From: Craspedostauros australis
Taxonomy: Eukaryota
DNA length: 33,745 nucleotides
Direction: 5' to 3'
NCBI GenBank assembly: GCA_030167865.1
Contig: JALAGF010002572.1
Location: forward strand, 1 to 33,745
The position numbers were made by a program, and so were the translations under genes. The notes under the pieces were generated by a model. It was not told the origin of the DNA. It saw only the letters and a list, made by a program, of their open reading frames with translations, and made no database searches. Every line of letters starts with the position of its first letter. Position 1 is the stretch's first letter. Shown piece after piece: positions 1-12,222 of the stretch.

Positions 1-1081
1 GAGAGAGAGATTGTGTTGTCAAGAAAATCACACTGGGACATGGTGTGTTTTCGACGTGAAAAAGTGTTTCAACGTGTGTTTTCGTGGTGTCAACCCGCGA
101 TGAGAAACACAGACCGGGCAACAAGGCACGCGATCTTTTCGCTGATAGCAGCGTGTGTCTCAGTAGGGATTTCCGTGTAACCTACGGTCGGTGCGTCCAC
201 CGGTGTCATCCAGACCTCGCAATGCGAACGGTAGGATTACATCCCGTTGACGCCGGTCACTTTGCGTCAACACACCATGGTCAAAGAGGATGCAGCACAG
301 TACAAGCAGTGCCGGCTTGGTGACGGTCCACCCTCGGAGCGGGGTTCCAGTATTATCGTCGCCTCTTCAGGCGGTCCCTGCACGCTCGCACATGCCCGCA
401 TGAGCGGATGGGTCTGATAAACCAAGTTACGACACACGTGAAACCGATTTAGAGTGAAAAAGAGTAAAGATGCAGATTATGAGTCTTNTCGATGTCGTAT
501 GCGTCAGTGCAGTTGTCTGATTGCTGTGTTGTGCATGATTGGTAGTGGCGGCTATCGTGTAACGCCGTTTCAACGGTTTCATACATATCCCGGTTTGTCG
601 GCGCGTACCGACATACTAGTCCATACTCCAACTATACGATCACACTCTCCAATGCAGGCGTGCAGAATGATAAATTCTGTGGCAACTGTTCGACAGAAGA
701 TAGTTTCTTCGGTTTCTCAACAAGCGCCAGGCCTCCAGAGAGCCAGTCCAAACCTGCGAGTATCCATGACACTTGCTCGGTGTATCTGTCCCTGTGTTCT
801 TCAACGACCACACAACATCGCAGCAGGACAACATCACAACATGACAGCTCCTCCTCCGACTCCAATCCTCTGTTGGTGGTAACAGACTCACCGCACAATC
901 CACAAACAGCTATGCTGATCGCGCTGCAAGCACAACTCGCTCCACACATTTGGCTTCCTCCTCCACCTCCATTCTCGTCAAGCCGGTCACACAATCAGAG
1001 CACCACCACAACAATCAAACCAAATCGGACCAACCAACCCTCCAGAAGTACCTCACAATTCTCGTGCAACACAGCTCAACC

Positions 1082-4000
1082 ATGATGACATCCAAAATGC
1101 AAGCGGCGGACCGCGATCGAACTCATCCAACATCACACGGATACTCGATCCAAACCATCCGGGAAGACTGTCTCAGCATCAACAGCGAGGTCGGGAACAC
1201 TGCGCAGGACGACGAGCGCATCCACGATCACGGGAACGTTGCCTCACCAACAAAATCAGCTCATAACAGCCACCGCCGCCGTTCTTCATCCTCCTCGTTG
1301 CTGCAGCGACGGCTATCAAGCGTCGATCGTTCCCGTTCACAGACGCGATTGCAACACAACGACCAGGCCATCTCGGACGATCCAGCCAACCATTGCACGA
1401 AGACGAACACGAAGACGAACGCAAATGCAAGCGCAGACTCTACCGATGGTGGCAGAAAGATGAACTTTCGGTCTACGCCGTTGATGGGACGCCAGGTCGA
1501 GCTGGACCAGCTGCACGGCATCTTCAAAATGATCATGCAACGAGCACCGGGAGATTGTGAGAAGATGGCATCGTCGAAGCAGCAGCAGCAGCAGCAGCAA
1601 AAACAGCATAACTCTTGCCAAGCCAAAACTCCAGCCCCGGCTACTCTCATCATCGGCTCATCCGGCACAGGCAAGTCCGCTTTGGTGTATCAGTTCGTCC
1701 AGGAGCTGCAGAATACCACTGTGCGGCCGTCATCATTTTCGTCATCGCTATCGCCGAACAAACGCAAGATCTGCTTCTGCCAGGGCAAGTTCCAAGCCCA
1801 GTCACAGGGCGACAGCCCATTCGGCGCACTGTTCCAAATCATCCAGGATTTCACGCTGCAGATGAAGGGCGACATCGAGAATGTGAAGCGCAAGATCCAA
1901 CGACACATGGCGATCGCAGAACGAGTGGAGCTCTGCAAGATCTTGCCGTGCCTGAAGCGGCTCATGCTCGCTGGTCCTGGCGCAGACGGTATCAGCATCG
2001 CGTCGAGTCAGAAATCGTTCACCCATCGCACCAAGGGCCGGACTGCTGGCCCTGCTCTTGGCGGAACTCTTGCGCGTAACGCCAGCGACATCATGCTTAG
2101 CATGGACAGCGCGAGTGAGATTCACCGAGAAGATCAGGACCTGCACGGCAGCAACCAGGATCAAGGCAAGGCGTGGAATCGCACGAAGTACCTCATCCAC
2201 ACGTTCTTCCGCGTCATCTGCAACCCCGATCGTCCATTGATCCTCTTCTTCGACGATCTACAGTGGGGTACACAAGTGTGCCTAGAGCTGCTGTCCAGCC
2301 TCATCATGGACCCGATGATCCATTCGTGCATGTTCGTCGGAACGACACGATCCGAAGGATTGACATCGAAGAAGTGGCAAAACAAGCACCTGCTGACGAC
2401 GCTGCAGATCATCACAGCAACGCGGGACCTCGCGCGCATCGAGCTGAGCAACTTTTCGCAAGAGCAGACCTACCAATGGATCTCGCATCTTCTCCTGCGT
2501 GGCGATTACAGACGTACAGCCCGTGCGCAGGGTCCACAAGACGACAGCAGCACCGAAGAGCAGCACCAGCACCAGCAATCGACCTCTCCTCCTTCGTATC
2601 CCTACCGCAGCAACACAGGAGAAGACCATGAATGCTATCAGCTGGCCAGCGTTCTGCACCAAAGGACCCAAGGCAACATTTTCTTTCTGCGACAATCAAT
2701 AGAAGAATTGGAACGCAAGGAGATTCTCCAGTATTCTCCGGAACAGGGCTGCTGGGAATGGAACAGCGTGACCGCTTTGGATATCGGCCAGTTCCTTTCC
2801 AACACGGCAGTGGAGGCTGTCCAGGCCAAGATCCAGTCCTACCCTAGCCGTCAATTCCAACACATCCTTTGCGTCGCATCGTACACTCAGGCTTCATTCG
2901 ACATTGGCGTACTTCATGAGCTACTCTGCAAGCTCGGCGCAGATCGACAAGACGACGGCGCCGCCGCTCAGCAAGAACGAACTAGCCGAAGCACGAACAA
3001 GAGCAACGTCAACGCCAACGCCAACAACGAACTCGATTTCTCCGATTTGCCACCGCTCACGACGAAAGCGTTAACGGAACTCTTGGAAGACGCTGTGCTG
3101 GAGGGACTGCTGACGAATTCGATCGGTGAGCAGACGTATCGGTTCGCCCATGACCGCATCCAGCAAGGGGCACAGTCCCTCGTCCCTGCCGGCGAGCAAC
3201 GGAATATGCTGCGCCATCGTATCGGAAAGATTCTCTATGAGAAAATCCTTGCACATGAAGACGGAAGCAGCAGTAACACCAGTACCAGTCACGATGGAGA
3301 CGATCTTTCAACTTCACAACACACGATGAACACAAACAACACCGTCCCAGACTGGTTCTATTTCTGCGCGGCGGATCATCTCAACGCTGTCAAGATGAAG
3401 AAGGACCGTTGGTACATGATCAAGCTGAACGTCATCGTCGGAACACGGGCGCAACATATCTCCGCGCTATCAACAGCATCGAAATATTTCCGCAGCGCCT
3501 TTGATCATCTGAAGATGATCAGAACCATGTGCGATCCATGGCAGCAACACTACGAGCTGGTCTTGAGCCTGCACATCAGAAATGCGGAAGTCGAGATCGC
3601 CATGGGTAACTACGATTTGGGCGCATCGCTGGCGAACGTGGTACTGGAGAAAGCCATCGAGCCAAGCGACAAGCTCTCCATACAGTACGATCTGGCCACC
3701 TCACTAGGCCGGCAGGACCTCCAGGAAGACTCCCTCAACCTCATCGTGAAGGTCCTGCAGTCCCTCAAGGCGCTCCCAAAGCGGCTCTGGCCTGTCCATG
3801 TCATCTCCGACTTGCTATACATCAAGAAGTACTTCAAAGGGACGTCCAACGACGAGTTTCTGCAGCTGCCCTTGATGACAGATCCAAAGAAGATCGTCGC
3901 AATGAAGTTCCTCTTCCAAGGAGCGCTGAGAGCTTCGTATTGCAACCGCACGCTTGAGTTCAGCCTCCTGACGCTCAAGTCATTGAGAATGACGATTAAG

Positions 4001-5446
4001 CATGGCCTCTGCAAGTATTCGGGCGTCTCGCTGGTATGCTTGGCAATCATCGTCGCGAGCTCATTCGCGGATCAATCCGTGGCGGCACGGTATTCCGATC
4101 TGAGCGAACAAATTTTGAAACGCACCGATGGCAAGTCGGTTCAGGGCTGGGTCGAGTTCCTCATCGGCCATAACATCAGGGTATTCACGTCAGAATACAA
4201 CCAGATCATCCAAACCTTCCAAAGCGGATACCATGCCTCCATGGAGGCCGGTGACTTCGAACCCGGCTTCTTGAGCTGGGAGATGGGGAATGTGGTTGCC
4301 TACTACGCAGGCTGCCCGTTGAATGCTATTGTGGCTTCATTCGAGATCATCCACCGCAACGCGCTGATATACAAGATGGATTTCCATTCGTCGACATCAT
4401 CTACCAGCATCACACTCTTCAAGGCCCTGGCTGGTCAGACAGAGATAGACTGGGACAACGTGGACAAGGTGATCGCAACCATGCCAAAAAGTGTCAAAGA
4501 CGTACACACTTCGGACATCAACGGCGTCCTGTTCCTGCTCGTCACAAACGCTCAGCTCTGCATGTACTTCCGGAGGCCGAATGGAACGTACCTTCTCATG
4601 AAAAAGTCGTTGCAGCTTGCCGCTTTGGACCAGTCATATCTGACGACTTGCGTCGCCTGGTATTTCCTTGGCGTGGCTTGCGCAGGTATGTACCGCGAGA
4701 CGAAGCAGCCCAAATACAAGAAGGAACTGAAGTCGGTCATTGTTCATCTGGAGCGCATAGGTAGATCCCGCGGACTCAAGGGCATGCACCGATGCCTGTG
4801 TCTGAAGGCGGAGTTGCTGGCAATCTCCAAAACAAAGGGATCACTAGGTTCCGTGAGTGCCGACACATTTGAAAAGATCATGCGCGCCTATGACATCGCC
4901 ATCACCGTCGGTGCAAAGACGAAGCACAACCAGGATGCAGGGTTCGCGTGCGAGATGGCTGGAGATCAATTGGTGCGAATGGGGCGTGATAGCATGGCAT
5001 CCGACTACTATGCGAGGGCGTGCGCCAACTTCGAACTCTGGGAGTCCGCCACCAAGGTTGACGATCTTTGGCAGAGATGCGCGAGCTTCCTCTCGGAGAC
5101 GCAGATGGAGCATGCCAGAAAATCCATCCGGCAGAATGAGCGCAGGATTGAGGCCATGCACTGTCAAATCGTATCTGGCATGCATGTCGATGATCAATCA
5201 AATCTTGTCCCCGTCGAAGCAACGCTCCCCCCAGGCAAGCTGAACTCGGGCAAGGAGACTCTGGCAACATCGACGCATCCGTATTCGTGCACTTCATCCT
5301 TTGGCGGAGAGAAAAGTATGGCGGCGTCGCAGGCTGGGAACATGAGCAGGGCCACCAACGACCGTGGCGACGCCGATATAGCAGCAGACGCTGATGGGGA
5401 AAATGACGATGACGTTTCTGTCCTCACGGAAGGATCAGTGATGTGA
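1082..5446 (+). CDS. STAND-class (AAA_16-like) P-loop ATPase with a long helical/TPR-like C-terminal region; resembles the ATPase module of bacterial and fungal multi-domain sensor kinases but lacks kinase domains
   Basis: Single ORF, open from 950, with the first in-frame ATG at 1082. It has the LMGRQVELDQL lead-in, Walker A GSSGTGKS (1655-1678), GKF...PFGAL, Walker B LILFFDDLQW (~2237-2266), RTQGNIFF and YRFAHDRIQQ (~3137-3166). The later motifs AADHLN, TIKHG and the C-terminal YARAC..FELWESATKVDDL are typical of this family. The start codon is uncertain. Confidence 0.85.
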   Translation: MMTSKMQAADRDRTHPTSHGYSIQTIREDCLSINSEVGNTAQDDERIHDHGNVASPTKSAHNSHRRRSSSSSLLQRRLSSVDRSRSQTRLQHNDQAISDDPANHCTKTNTKTNANASADSTDGGRKMNFRSTPLMGRQVELDQLHGIFKMIMQRAPGDCEKMASSKQQQQQQQKQHNSCQAKTPAPATLIIGSSGTGKSALVYQFVQELQNTTVRPSSFSSSLSPNKRKICFCQGKFQAQSQGDSPFGALFQIIQDFTLQMKGDIENVKRKIQRHMAIAERVELCKILPCLKRLMLAGPGADGISIASSQKSFTHRTKGRTAGPALGGTLARNASDIMLSMDSASEIHREDQDLHGSNQDQGKAWNRTKYLIHTFFRVICNPDRPLILFFDDLQWGTQVCLELLSSLIMDPMIHSCMFVGTTRSEGLTSKKWQNKHLLTTLQIITATRDLARIELSNFSQEQTYQWISHLLLRGDYRRTARAQGPQDDSSTEEQHQHQQSTSPPSYPYRSNTGEDHECYQLASVLHQRTQGNIFFLRQSIEELERKEILQYSPEQGCWEWNSVTALDIGQFLSNTAVEAVQAKIQSYPSRQFQHILCVASYTQASFDIGVLHELLCKLGADRQDDGAAAQQERTSRSTNKSNVNANANNELDFSDLPPLTTKALTELLEDAVLEGLLTNSIGEQTYRFAHDRIQQGAQSLVPAGEQRNMLRHRIGKILYEKILAHEDGSSSNTSTSHDGDDLSTSQHTMNTNNTVPDWFYFCAADHLNAVKMKKDRWYMIKLNVIVGTRAQHISALSTASKYFRSAFDHLKMIRTMCDPWQQHYELVLSLHIRNAEVEIAMGNYDLGASLANVVLEKAIEPSDKLSIQYDLATSLGRQDLQEDSLNLIVKVLQSLKALPKRLWPVHVISDLLYIKKYFKGTSNDEFLQLPLMTDPKKIVAMKFLFQGALRASYCNRTLEFSLLTLKSLRMTIKHGLCKYSGVSLVCLAIIVASSFADQSVAARYSDLSEQILKRTDGKSVQGWVEFLIGHNIRVFTSEYNQIIQTFQSGYHASMEAGDFEPGFLSWEMGNVVAYYAGCPLNAIVASFEIIHRNALIYKMDFHSSTSSTSITLFKALAGQTEIDWDNVDKVIATMPKSVKDVHTSDINGVLFLLVTNAQLCMYFRRPNGTYLLMKKSLQLAALDQSYLTTCVAWYFLGVACAGMYRETKQPKYKKELKSVIVHLERIGRSRGLKGMHRCLCLKAELLAISKTKGSLGSVSADTFEKIMRAYDIAITVGAKTKHNQDAGFACEMAGDQLVRMGRDSMASDYYARACANFELWESATKVDDLWQRCASFLSETQMEHARKSIRQNERRIEAMHCQIVSGMHVDDQSNLVPVEATLPPGKLNSGKETLATSTHPYSCTSSFGGEKSMAASQAGNMSRATNDRGDADIAADADGENDDDVSVLTEGSVM
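1580..1600 (+). repeat. (CAG)6CAA coding microsatellite (poly-Gln)
   Basis: Read directly; encodes Q7 just before Walker A. Confidence 0.9.
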
Positions 5447-6534
5447 GCATTCGTCGGGACTGGCGTAGGTACCATAAATGCACGGTAACGATACGGTGTA
5501 GCAGAATTTTGCAATGCAGGATTGTATTGTACATCGGCGTCTTCCGTCGGGACGTGCTGGGTCGTAGGAATACGACTGTAGTATAACACGTACGTAATGC
5601 CAGGGGATGAGTCGCTGTACTATCCCGAACCGTACTGTACTGGAATTGCTGAGTAATATCAGGGATGATATGGTACAAATGCCAATCCTTGGTGCGTATC
5701 GAGATGATCCGCTGCAGTGCGCCGGGGTGAACATTATTTCGCGAGCATCGGAGTCTCGACAGGTGCATTCGAGACTTGCACAGGTACTCATTGGAAGGTG
5801 TTGTGGTCTACCAATGCAGACTTTAGTCAGTTTTCCTTAGATCATGATACCTACTCCCCCATGCTTGTCAGTTGATCGGCTATCCCAGAAGAGAAGTGCT
5901 ATTTTGGACATGTTGCAACTATTATGCCATCGACCGAGCAGCAAACAAGCATAGAGTAGAACAACTTCCTACATTCTAGATTCCTCTAGACTGCCCTACT
6001 CGACGTGACTTCACTCCACTGGAGACTAGTGCGTTTTCAACAAATAAATCACAAATGGACATTGTGTCCTATCATCGTTGTCGACAACGCCATGGAGGAC
6101 TGCCCTGGACCGAATGAAGCCGCCTGTACGAAGGTGCAAGTCCAGCACCGCTGGAAGTTGCCGCGCGATGCAGGTGCAGAGCAACTAAGCGAAACAATCA
6201 ACGTAGTAGTTGCACTCTATCAGCAGTCAATGAAATCGTCAATAGAGTTGTCAATGAAATTGCATGGGTGGTGGCCAATGTCTGGAGCAAGGCAACGCAA
6301 ATCTGTCTGTTTGTGCAAATGGTGGGCGTGGTTTCTTCGTCCTTGCAAAATTGAATTGAAAGCTCGTGTTTTCTGCCTCAGTACACAAGAAACGGTTGAA
6401 GAGAAGTAGTTGCTCCGATGAAGTACGAGTAATGTGGTAGAGCATCGATAGCTGCCTTGCGGATGCATCGGAGTGCTCCTCGGAGTCCTCCATTTCCATG
6501 TATTGTAGTTGGATGGAAACCAAGCATGCTGGTA

Positions 6535-9500
6535 CTAGCCTCTGTTAGCATTGCTGCCGCTGTCGCTGCTACTGTTGCCCAGTGCAACAACTGTTAGCGA
6601 ATGCTGGACGTCCGTAATGTTTCGTTGAGATGGAAGCCCAAAACCGAAGAAGTGAACGGCAATGCGATGGATCTCTCCGTCGCTGCTGTATGCATCCGCA
6701 GGTATTTCCATTACAATTTCACATCGCGACTCGAATTGTTGCTGTTGCCACAGTGTCGAATTCAAGCATTGCAATCCCGTGAGGCAGTCCCCTTGCGCTA
6801 CCGACACCGAAAAGTAAACCCCTGACCTTGGGAGGTTTGATATTCCATCCTTTGAAGGTGACGGAAGGCAGGTAGCATCTGATGTAACTGAGATGATGAT
6901 GTGTGTGTCTTGATCTTCAAAATCCTTCGGGCTGTAGAAATACGATCCCCACAATCGAAGCGCATCCGTTGGACTCTTCCCATCGTCGCCCGGAGTGTCG
7001 TTTCTGGTTACAACATCATCGGAGAGCAATGGTAGAGTGATGATGGTGTCGTTGGCGCTGTGCCAATCTCCGAGACAAGTGTCGAGTACTGATTGATTCG
7101 GCTGCTGCTGCAGAGGAGACGTCGAATCCTCAGCCTCACTGGGATCAAGCTGCAAAATGGTTGGCGGGAGAACAAATTGAAAACCCTCTCTTTGAACGCT
7201 CACTTGTGCAGCGCCGAAGCAACTACGACCATCGTACACGCCAACGTCAAGATGGAAGGATGATCCGAAGGACCGTACAAGTACATGGTAGGTCTGATCT
7301 GCGTGCGCATACCATGAAACTGTGCCATGCTGTCTGCATGCCACTGACTGAGCTGATGGTAAACAGTCCAAATCATCACAATTGGTCAGTGCATCGACGA
7401 TTGATGGCTCGTGGACCACCACACTTGAGGAGGATGCCGTTGCTGTTGCGCATGTCGTGGCAAACATCTCTTCCCCAACCCCTTTGATGCTGTACCACAC
7501 ACCCGGACTTGACTTCCAGTTTTTTCCACCGCCACACGCATCATGGCGCCGCGCGCCTTCAGTCGTACCATCGATCGATACCACACGGTACGTTCCATCA
7601 TCAGAGAACGGTTGAACATTGACGGCTGCGGGCCGGTTGCATCTCTCATTAGCAGGCGCGACTTGGAAATCGACCATGCCGTAGTCATCTTCAAGATCAT
7701 ATCCTGATATCCGAATGAAGTACAGCTCGTCCTTTCTGGACTTCCATCGCATGTAGCCTCCTCGCGTTTGTGCGGTTGGATTGAACAGAGGATTGTCACT
7801 GACAATGATATCGTTGCACTTGCTCACAATCACGCTCGCGTCATCGGAGTCTGCGCACGACAATGAATCACATTCGTTGCCAGTGTAGAGTGATAGCCCG
7901 ACAGGAAATTGCGTGTGGATTGAGCATGTAGACGCGACCAATTCGAACCCGTTCCCAACCACGGTGAACCATGCGTCTCTTCCGTTTGGGGATCGAGCCG
8001 ATGCATTGCTGGGCACAAAGCCATCGTCGCTGCTGTTACGGTGGTCGCATTGGGGGTAGGGATACCTGCTTTCGCCATGCGGAACCATCCCGCTGGCTGG
8101 CGAATGGATTACGGAACTACGAGTGGCACTTCTCGTGGTAAAGCGCCGTGTGCCGCCATCCAGCGGAACGGGACCAATGGCAGACAGACAATCATTGTTG
8201 ATCACAATGGGCTCGACTGTGAAGGAAAAGCCCCGTCTGATAGTGGTTCCAATGACGCTGCCCAAAGCAGTCGCGTTTGTCTTACTCTCCTGTTCGGGAT
8301 GAAGGATAACCCCAGATGTGTCCACTGTGGGTGCCACTCCCTCACCCTCCCGTGCGCGCATCCGGACCATCACTCGGTACGCTTCGCCGTCGTTCGACTG
8401 CCATGTGACTGACATGTGCCCATGGCATGGTGTCTCAACTACATTGTCGTCGGATGGTAGACATTGCAGTTCATCGCATGAGCCGGTGCTTGTCGTGAAG
8501 ATAGTGATATTGGTCGTCGTAGTCGAGTCTCTCGTGGAACCGGGATGGCAGGTGGAAGCAGTTAACGCCTGTCCATCTCCAACCAATGAGTACCAGAAGA
8601 AGAAGTCAAGTGATTGTGACTCGTCGTTTTCTGCTGATGGCTCAAGGCATGGGAGAGGAGCAGACGTTGGTGGGCCGCTGGTTTCGGGCATTCCTGGTGT
8701 GGAGGAGGCGGGGGTTTGATGATAAGTGCCGATGAGGACCGTGCCATCGATGGGCACGGGCCGGGCCATTTGGCAAGTTGTTGCTGTGCCATCAGTGATC
8801 CCAACTTGTTCCAACGACACGTCCGCCGTTGCATCCGTCACAATGCCTTTCAAGAATGGCATATGGACTGGTGTATTATATAATAGAATATAATACAGTT
8901 TTTTGCGTTGTTGCAGGTTGGTGTTTTTGCACAAACCGGAACATGTGGATTCGTATGTATTGGCGGTGCAGAATATCATGAGTAGTTTATGTGTGCAGGA
9001 CGAGGGTGAGGTTTCATAGAACAACGGCGACCACGGTGACACTCGTCAACTGCAACATTCCATGTCGAAACGACGCTGTGCAGAAATGTGGAGAAGCAGT
9101 GAGTACGACCACTTACCAAGGACGAAGTATGCAACACCGGACTCCGCGAACCATTCCACCGTGCTGCAGGTGGTCGAAATCGCATCATCCAACGGTGGGT
9201 ACATGCTGTCGAACGTCTGCGATCGGTCATCATTGGCGTCAATACACTGCAAGTTCGCGCAAGAGCCCTGGAGGATACTGATGCGCGTGTCAAGGTTGGT
9301 TTGATTGTTGCATGTTGAAGCCCGAAGCACAGACCCTGTCCCCGTTGTGTTGAACCATGCTCCGCGATAAATCTGCACTTCGTTCCCCTCCGTTTCGATA
9401 ACGACGTCATTGCCGCAAGATACGATAGGATCGACTTCCGTGGTGAGGCCGAAGAGAAATCCCTGCGTTGTGGAGCCGACCGGCAAACTGGTTGCATCCT

Positions 9501-11889
9501 TACACTCTCTGTCGGGTGGGCGTATGCTGTTTCCTCCATTGAAGAAGCCAAATCGAATCGCAAAGTCTCCCACTGTCTGACCGACTGCATGCACCAATGC
9601 ATAATAGGACGTTCCTTTGACGGCAGGCACGTCGACTTCAAACGCGTCACTCCCAACGCAGACGAGCTCTCCACAGTTTTCGCCTGAGTAGGCATTCACA
9701 AGTGGAATGAATTTATCAGTGATGCTCGAGACTTGGAACATGATCTTGAATCCTGGAGGAAGATCGTAGATGGCTTCTGCCTTGTACCACACCCCCGGCG
9801 CGGTTGAAACGACGCCCTCGCACTCTCCAAGGGGAGATGGGACTACGTTCGCGCCTTTGGTGGATCCAAAGAAATATGATCCGCCTGTGATGTCCGTCAC
9901 ATTTGCGCAGGCCATGTTATCGGGCAGATCTGACATCTGCAATGAGAATATGCCGCGGGATGATCGGAAGCCATGGACGTAGATGTAGTACGTTGTTTGT
10001 GGGTCGAGCACAAAGGAAGCTCGGCTGCTATCTTCGCAATCACCCCCACCTTGGTCGTTGCCAGCGACGCAGCTCAATCGATCGCAGCGATTGCCCGCAA
10101 AGATAGAAAGCTGGGTATCGTAGTCTGTTTCGATCTGCGCTGTCTGATTGTTGCGATTGATGGCTGACGATGACCCGCAAAGCGATGCCATCACACGTCG
10201 GTTGGTGAAAGTGGATGAGGTGTTGGAGGATGGCGACGATTCGCCTTGCGTTTGCATGACCTGCACTCGATACCACACGCCCACTCCATTCTTGTTGATT
10301 CCGCCACAGGTGGTGACGGGATCAAATCCCGCAGCCGATGTACTACCCCACAGTGATTCGTTGATGCCACCATCTACCGCTGCTGCAAGATTGATGTCGT
10401 GAGCACATTCGCATTTGTCGTTGGACGGGCATGGATCTAGGAAGACCGTGGGCTGATCTGTGTGGAACGGATGCACGTTTGGCTCGTGTGCGGGTTGGTG
10501 CGTGCTCTCATCCAGCGCCTTGGGCGACGATGACGGAGCTCGCATGGTGAGATCATGCGGTCCATTGCCCTTTGCGGACGGCTGCGACGACGAATCTGAG
10601 CCATCATCTCGCAGGCCAATCACGACGCCAACGATTGTTGCTGCAATGGCACAGATGCAAAGTGCGCAAGCCGATACAAGGATCACCAGTTTGCGTCGGC
10701 GATCCTTCAGAGATACTTCCTGGCTGTCATAGTAGTTCCCCTCGCCATCATCAAAGTCGCCAGCATCATCACTACTGTCGCGATGGCTGTGGCTGCGACC
10801 GTTGCGCATGCGACCACTTTTGGCCTTGGTGAGATTGGTACGATGTTCCGGAGTCGCAACAGCGGCGACTTCCCCCATACGTCTCAATGTCTGCGCTTCT
10901 GCTTCTTCCCGAATGGCCTGCCGTTCGACATCCGTGATGGTGGGATGGGACTGGTACGTCGCAACGCTCTCACCGTCGATGATATGTGCCTGTGGTAGTT
11001 CAGATAGTCTTTGCTGCTGCTGTGGAAGATCCCGAGATGATATGCCGTCACCACCACCACCACCACCACCGTCGTCGTGGAGGACGATATTGTTGCCGTT
11101 GATTTGTGATGACCGGTTCGCTTGGTGGTTGCTCGTGTCGTAGTTTTCATTCTCGACAAGACGAGGTGTGGGATTATCCAAACCCAGTGTCTGCTCCATC
11201 TCGATCAGACTCTTGCGATCGTTGATGCCAGATACCCGACAGCTTTGTGCGCTCATCACTTGTGGTTGCTTTGCAGATACTTTGAGGCGATCTTCCTGCA
11301 CCACAATTGTAGATTTGGATGGATCGCTTTTCGTTGTGGAGAAAGATCCCTCCCGTGCATTTGCGCCGCTCTTGCGTGGCATCTTGCTGTCCTCCGAGTC
11401 CAATTGCAGCAATGTGCTGTCCCTGGGTAGATGGGATAACTTGCTGGATGACGATTTCGATGACAAGCAGGGCGGGGATATGTCGGAGATATCCGTCGAT
11501 GGGCCCTTCATCGTGTCATCTTTGGCCTGCAGCCGCTCATAGTACGACGAAGGCTCGTTGCTATGAGATGACTGCACTCGGCGCGCCGCGCTCGGTGCTT
11601 TGGCATGGCGCATGAAGTGCGTATCGATGGCGTCGATGTTGTCTGGGATCTCTTTGCCACGCCGACTCCGAATGCGACGCGGTTGGCCCGTGTGGTGGCT
11701 TTCGGAACTGTGATCATCGCCTTGCGATGAGGACGGTGCCATCGCGATGGCTCCGATCACTGGCGGATCGCCGTCGGTTCCGCTCTTTTCCGACTCGCTC
11801 ATCGTTGTTCGATCGTTCTGCCTGTGTCCTGTCTGCCTCGTGATGCGTACGAGCTCCAAAGAGGGATGTGTTGTGTTGGTGCCTGGCAT
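6535..11889 (-). CDS. Type II single-pass membrane protein (~1701 aa) with about 7 Cys-rich extracellular repeats (pre-peptidase C-terminal/'CHU large protein'-like); join(11889..9117, 8867..6535)
   Basis: The two long ORFs (9046-11889 and 6535-9042) join in phase through a GT-AG intron to give YFVL-V-H, matching the YYIYVHG/YYALVHA motif of the other repeats. A low-complexity N-terminus is followed by RRRK and a hydrophobic helix LVILVSACALCICAIAATIVGVVIGL (~10613-10690). The repeats read ND.C..A...G.T..A....C....GVWY...ASTC....DT.LSI..G.C..L.C...ND....Y...V. Alternative ATG at 11802. Confidence 0.75.
8868..9116 (-). other. Spliceosomal intron (249 nt, phase 1)
   Basis: Donor G|GTAAGT at 9116 and acceptor CAG ending at 8868 after an AT-rich stretch. 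The split codon G+TC gives Val and restores the repeat motif. Confidence 0.7.
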
Positions 11890-12222
11890 CTATGATGAGC
11901 GGAATCAGCGGACTTCCCATGATTTGTGTGCTGTTGCGGAGCAGCGAGGAGGTCACCGCACAAAGCAGTCATCTTGCGCGGCGTCGGCGATGTGCGGCGT
12001 CGGCGATGTGAAAAAACGCTTCGCTTTGCCCTCAGAGAAACCGTTCGGGGCGAATGTTCAGCTCACATTTCTCAAATGTCATGACAGACATGTGAGGTCA
12101 TGTGCGAGCACATGGAGGTTGCAGTACTCACAGTCGCACACGCAGATCGTAAACCATTCTGTTGGTACTGCACGGATACTATTGTATAGTAGTGTACCAG
12201 TAACACTCAAACTATGATATCT

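Noticed and set aside
449-1085. Short ORFs upstream of the STAND gene and an ambiguous base N at 488
   Set aside because: No motifs; probably promoter or 5' UTR. The N is an assembly ambiguity.
5447-6534. Short ORFs between the STAND and membrane-protein genes (e.g. 6005-6409)
   Set aside because: No recognisable domain or coding bias; treated as intergenic or UTR.
8976-9049. Alternative splice acceptor (TTGCAG near 9050) for the membrane-protein intron
   Set aside because: It leads to a stop within ~25 codons and does not restore the conserved VH motif, unlike the acceptor at 8868.
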